From a virus (Duplodnaviria > Caudoviricetes), in the IMG/VR virus record IMGVR_UViG_3300015607_004160: 64,000 bases of DNA; one strand, 5' to 3'. Made by a program: the position numbers and the translations under genes. Within the stretch, counting starts at the first letter, position 1; every line of letters begins with the position of its first letter. Of the stretch, positions 60,849 through 64,000 are shown piece after piece. The notes beneath the pieces are model-generated. The model was given only the letters and a program-made list of their open reading frames with translations, was not told the origin of the DNA and did no database searches.

Positions 60849-61281
60849 ATTTATAATCAAATCTGGTCCGTGTTGTATGTCACTTGAGTTTCATGGTGAT
60901 ATTATTTTATTTATAGGAGATAAGGATAGATTCATTTATTATATTGAGGTAGATAAAAAAACGTCAATTAATATTAAAAATAGTATAAAAATTACTACAT
61001 CAAGTATAATACTCTCTAAAGGTATAGAAGATCCAAATAGATATTTTTTACAAATAAGAGGTGGTTTTTCATATATTGATTGTGATAAGGCTATTGAATC
61101 AATTTATTATATCACATCTCATAAAAATAAAAGAGATATAAATAGTGATAAATATCATTCAAAAAATTATAGAGATTTGTGTAAATCAATAGAGGTTTAT
61201 GATGACCATAATGTAAAAATTACTACCGAAGATGAATGGGAAAAATTTATAAGAGATATAAAGTTGAAATCACTAGTTTAG
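60841..61281 (+). CDS. hypothetical protein
   Basis: ends IRDIKLKSLV. Confidence 0.6.
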   Translation: MYKFIIKSGPCCMSLEFHGDIILFIGDKDRFIYYIEVDKKTSINIKNSIKITTSSIILSKGIEDPNRYFLQIRGGFSYIDCDKAIESIYYITSHKNKRDINSDKYHSKNYRDLCKSIEVYDDHNVKITTEDEWEKFIRDIKLKSLV

Positions 61282-61325
61282 GATAATCTTTTTAATTAGT
61301 TAAAATAAAATCGTATCTTTGTAGT

Positions 61326-61682
61326 ATGTATAATAGAGGAGAAATAAGAAAAATCGTAGAACAATACGTTATTACAGATGATGGAGTTACTCACATATCT
61401 GATATGTTAGAAGAAATTCAAAATCGTATGTTTTCTATAATTAAAGATACTCACTATTATACCCCGGATAAATATACTCAAAGTAGAGCGGGTCAAAGAA
61501 GTTCTAAATTTGTTGAGTTATGTGCCTCTGAAAAGTGGGAAGATGCTTTATCAATGGCCGACTATATGAATAAGACAATTCTAGAAAAAACTCCTTGTTT
61601 TCAAAATTTTGTCAAGTCAATCAAAGAATCATCAGATTATATTTCAACTACAAGAGAAATGAAGTTAAGATTTATACTTTAA
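61326..61682 (+). CDS. hypothetical protein
   Basis: TATCTTTG 4 nt upstream; ends TREMKLRFIL. Confidence 0.65.
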   Translation: MYNRGEIRKIVEQYVITDDGVTHISDMLEEIQNRMFSIIKDTHYYTPDKYTQSRAGQRSSKFVELCASEKWEDALSMADYMNKTILEKTPCFQNFVKSIKESSDYISTTREMKLRFIL

Positions 61683-62493
61683 ATTTCTTATTTGTGATAA
61701 TCATCTTAGCATGTGTTTTCTTATTTATATCAATTCCAAAATCATTTTTAAATTGACTTGGTAGATGTGGAAGTAGGAAACTCTCTTGATAGGTTATCTG
61801 ATATCCAGTTGGTATAAGAGCATATAGTTCTTCCAACATTAAAGGGAAATAGTTTTCTTCTACTTCTCTATTCCAATTTTCAACATATTTATATTTCAAT
61901 AGTAAGTGCATTAGAGACTTATAATCTTTAATTTCTCCCCATACATTTTCATATGAGTTTATTAAATGTGGATCAATATTTTTTCTAACACTCGAAATAT
62001 CATTACTAAAATTCGCCATATTATTATTTATTTGAATAGAAGGCATCATATCTCTAATACAAATCCATTTAAATATTCCGGAAAATATATGATCCCAAAA
62101 TTTATCAATATCAGATTGATTTGAGTATGAATAAACTTCATGTATAACAGATGATAATAAAATAGCAGGCCTGCTATATTTAGCAACTTCTTTAACTACT
62201 TCATCCCAATCAGATGTTAAAAAAGCATCGTCTAAATGTGATTTAGCAATAGATAACATTTTTTCATCTGGTTCATATCCGATAAGCTTAATACCAGGTT
62301 TTTTATTTTTTACTTTAACTAATATAGAGCCATCAGCACATCCGAAGTCAACAATCACATCAGGATTGATTTTATTTAAAAAAAATAGTTTGTCTTCCCA
62401 TCCGACTTCCATTCTTTTATTATAAATATCAATATTAAAAATTGGTATTTCACCTATTGATTCGAGGAACTGTTCCCATCTAAGTATATTCAT
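61672..62493 (-). CDS. class I SAM-dependent methyltransferase
   Basis: VDFGCADG, LSSVIHEVYSY, IRD. Confidence 0.8.
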   Translation of the reverse strand: MNILRWEQFLESIGEIPIFNIDIYNKRMEVGWEDKLFFLNKINPDVIVDFGCADGSILVKVKNKKPGIKLIGYEPDEKMLSIAKSHLDDAFLTSDWDEVVKEVAKYSRPAILLSSVIHEVYSYSNQSDIDKFWDHIFSGIFKWICIRDMMPSIQINNNMANFSNDISSVRKNIDPHLINSYENVWGEIKDYKSLMHLLLKYKYVENWNREVEENYFPLMLEELYALIPTGYQITYQESFLLPHLPSQFKNDFGIDINKKTHAKMIITNKKFKV

Positions 62494-62543
62494 AAATTTG
62501 GGCAAAACGGTTTATAATATATATTAAAAATATTAAATTATAA

Positions 62544-63311
62544 ATGGGTTTGTTAGAGATATTAAAAGGTTTATTAGTAGAAACAAAAGTTATTGAAGTA
62601 AAAAAACTTCCATCACAAGCACTATTTTATAAAGAAGATTTTTCTATTAAAATAAAAAAAGCTGAAATCGAGGATATTATTGCTTATGAATATAACTATG
62701 TAGAAAATAATATAATATCGGCTCTTGAATGTATTAAGATGATAGTTAATAGAAATGTAATATTAACTGACCCATATTCATATAAAGATATTAAAAGCGT
62801 AGATATTATATTTATATTTTTAGAAATTGTAAAATTTACAACTAGTAAGGAAATTAAAATCCCATATGTCAATAGGTTAGGTATAGAAGAGTCTATTAAC
62901 TTTGACATTGATCACTTTAATTATTTTAATTTTTCTAATTACATGAAAAACTATGATTCAGAGACTAGAGAAATTGTGTTAGATGGATATAGATTCTCTT
63001 TACCATCAATAGGAGTAGAAACTTCATTAACCCAATATTTATCAACAAAGTCAGAGAAAAAGGAAATCGAAGATCTAAATAAGGTTTCTTATGATTTTAT
63101 GTTTTTCCTAGGTGGAAAAGATAAATTAGAGTTCTCTGAAATAGATAATCTAATTCAGATATTCAACTATGATTTAGAGGATAGTGAAATATCAAAAATT
63201 AGAAAGATTGTAGGAAAATTTAAAGGAATTGTTGGATATTCTTTAGTTATAGATGGTGATCCAATAGAAATCAAGACCAAGATAAATTTACAGGATATTT
63301 GGAAAATCTAA
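62544..63311 (+). CDS. baseplate hub assembly protein (T4 gp26-like)
   Basis: LPSQ..FY and D..FIFL.I patterns. Confidence 0.5.
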   Translation: MGLLEILKGLLVETKVIEVKKLPSQALFYKEDFSIKIKKAEIEDIIAYEYNYVENNIISALECIKMIVNRNVILTDPYSYKDIKSVDIIFIFLEIVKFTTSKEIKIPYVNRLGIEESINFDIDHFNYFNFSNYMKNYDSETREIVLDGYRFSLPSIGVETSLTQYLSTKSEKKEIEDLNKVSYDFMFFLGGKDKLEFSEIDNLIQIFNYDLEDSEISKIRKIVGKFKGIVGYSLVIDGDPIEIKTKINLQDIWKI

Positions 63312-63312
63312 A

Positions 63313-63789
63313 CTATCTATTCATTAAATATTCCTTTTTATTTTTAATAAAATTTTCAAATCCAAAAATATCATCACAAACAAAATGTGTTTCTACAGGT
63401 ACGATACTATCGTTATAATTTATAATACTGCAAAATATCCAATTATCATCATAAAAATCAACAATTAATAATTTTCTATTTGATTTCTCTCTCTCTTTAT
63501 AGCTCATGTGTGTTTTATCACTATACATATGGCAATATAATTGTTTAAATTCTGGTCTCCATTTTAAATTTACTATTTTGTTATTTAGATATTTTTCTAA
63601 TATATCTTTAACTTGTTCAAGTATGATGTCTTGCGGGTTAATACGCTTTCTGCCATCCCTAAAATGATCCCAAGAGTTAAATGTTAGATGAGTGTATGCT
63701 GATGTTCCATCAAACTCCAACCAACCATCTGCATTAAAATTATCAGCAAATGATTCAAAAAATTTATTAAAGGCATATAAATGTTTCAT
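63313..63789 (-). CDS. hypothetical protein (MKHLYAFNKFFES), CDQ-like C-terminus
   Basis: DNWIF...FVCDDIFGF. Confidence 0.7.
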   Translation of the reverse strand: MKHLYAFNKFFESFADNFNADGWLEFDGTSAYTHLTFNSWDHFRDGRKRINPQDIILEQVKDILEKYLNNKIVNLKWRPEFKQLYCHMYSDKTHMSYKEREKSNRKLLIVDFYDDNWIFCSIINYNDSIVPVETHFVCDDIFGFENFIKNKKEYLMNR

Positions 63790-63791
63790 AG

Positions 63792-64000
63792 TTATATCAT
63801 ATAAATGGTTATTGACCAATACGACTTTCGTAGGTTAGGCATTTCTCTATTTAAACTTAAATTTGTAAGCTTTTTAATTCTATCCATACACTTATTAAAA
63901 TCATCATTTATAGATTCTCTCCATTTGTCACCTAATTCAGGCATTTTACCCGCATTATGTCCTTGTATGAAAAATTCTTTTTCTCTATGCTCTTTAGGAA
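63792..64000 (-). CDS. hypothetical protein, partial (3' end)
   Basis: open frame from the right edge to TAA at 63792. Confidence 0.5.
   Translation of the reverse strand, partial: PKEHREKEFFIQGHNAGKMPELGDKWRESINDDFNKCMDRIKKLTNLSLNREMPNLRKSYWSITIYMI

Noticed and set aside
1-64000. Stop-codon reassignment as in some large Bacteroidota phages
   Set aside because: Core genes are full length in the standard code and coding density is high.

Overview
An AT-rich, gene-dense segment of a large T4-like (myovirus-type, probably jumbo) phage genome read in the standard code. It holds the head module (gp4, gp2, portal gp20, a gp21 protease fused to a repetitive scaffold, major capsid gp23), scattered tail/baseplate genes (gp15-, gp25-, gp26-like), and replication/nucleotide genes (clamp loader, the N-terminal half of a split family-B polymerase, a PolA-like protein, gp41/DnaB helicase, DinG helicase, ThyA, class II RNR, Dam, a NEIL1-like glycosylase). 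It also carries free-standing homing endonucleases, an intein and a tmRNA. TAnnTTTG/TTTG promoters and a lipoprotein point to a Bacteroidota host. The most notable unexplained signal is a pair of small structured RNAs directly flanking the tmRNA, each a hairpin with a symmetric internal loop made of two AGG-N8-CTGGWCA strands whose 8-mers all differ, which is a guide-RNA-like layout. Other signals are two nearly mutually exclusive peptide tags on accessory proteins (N-terminal MKxLKxFE and C-terminal RxxK[IL]xx[IL]), apparently leaderless early transcripts, and expanded paralog families. All calls come from motif recognition by eye; no database searches were run.
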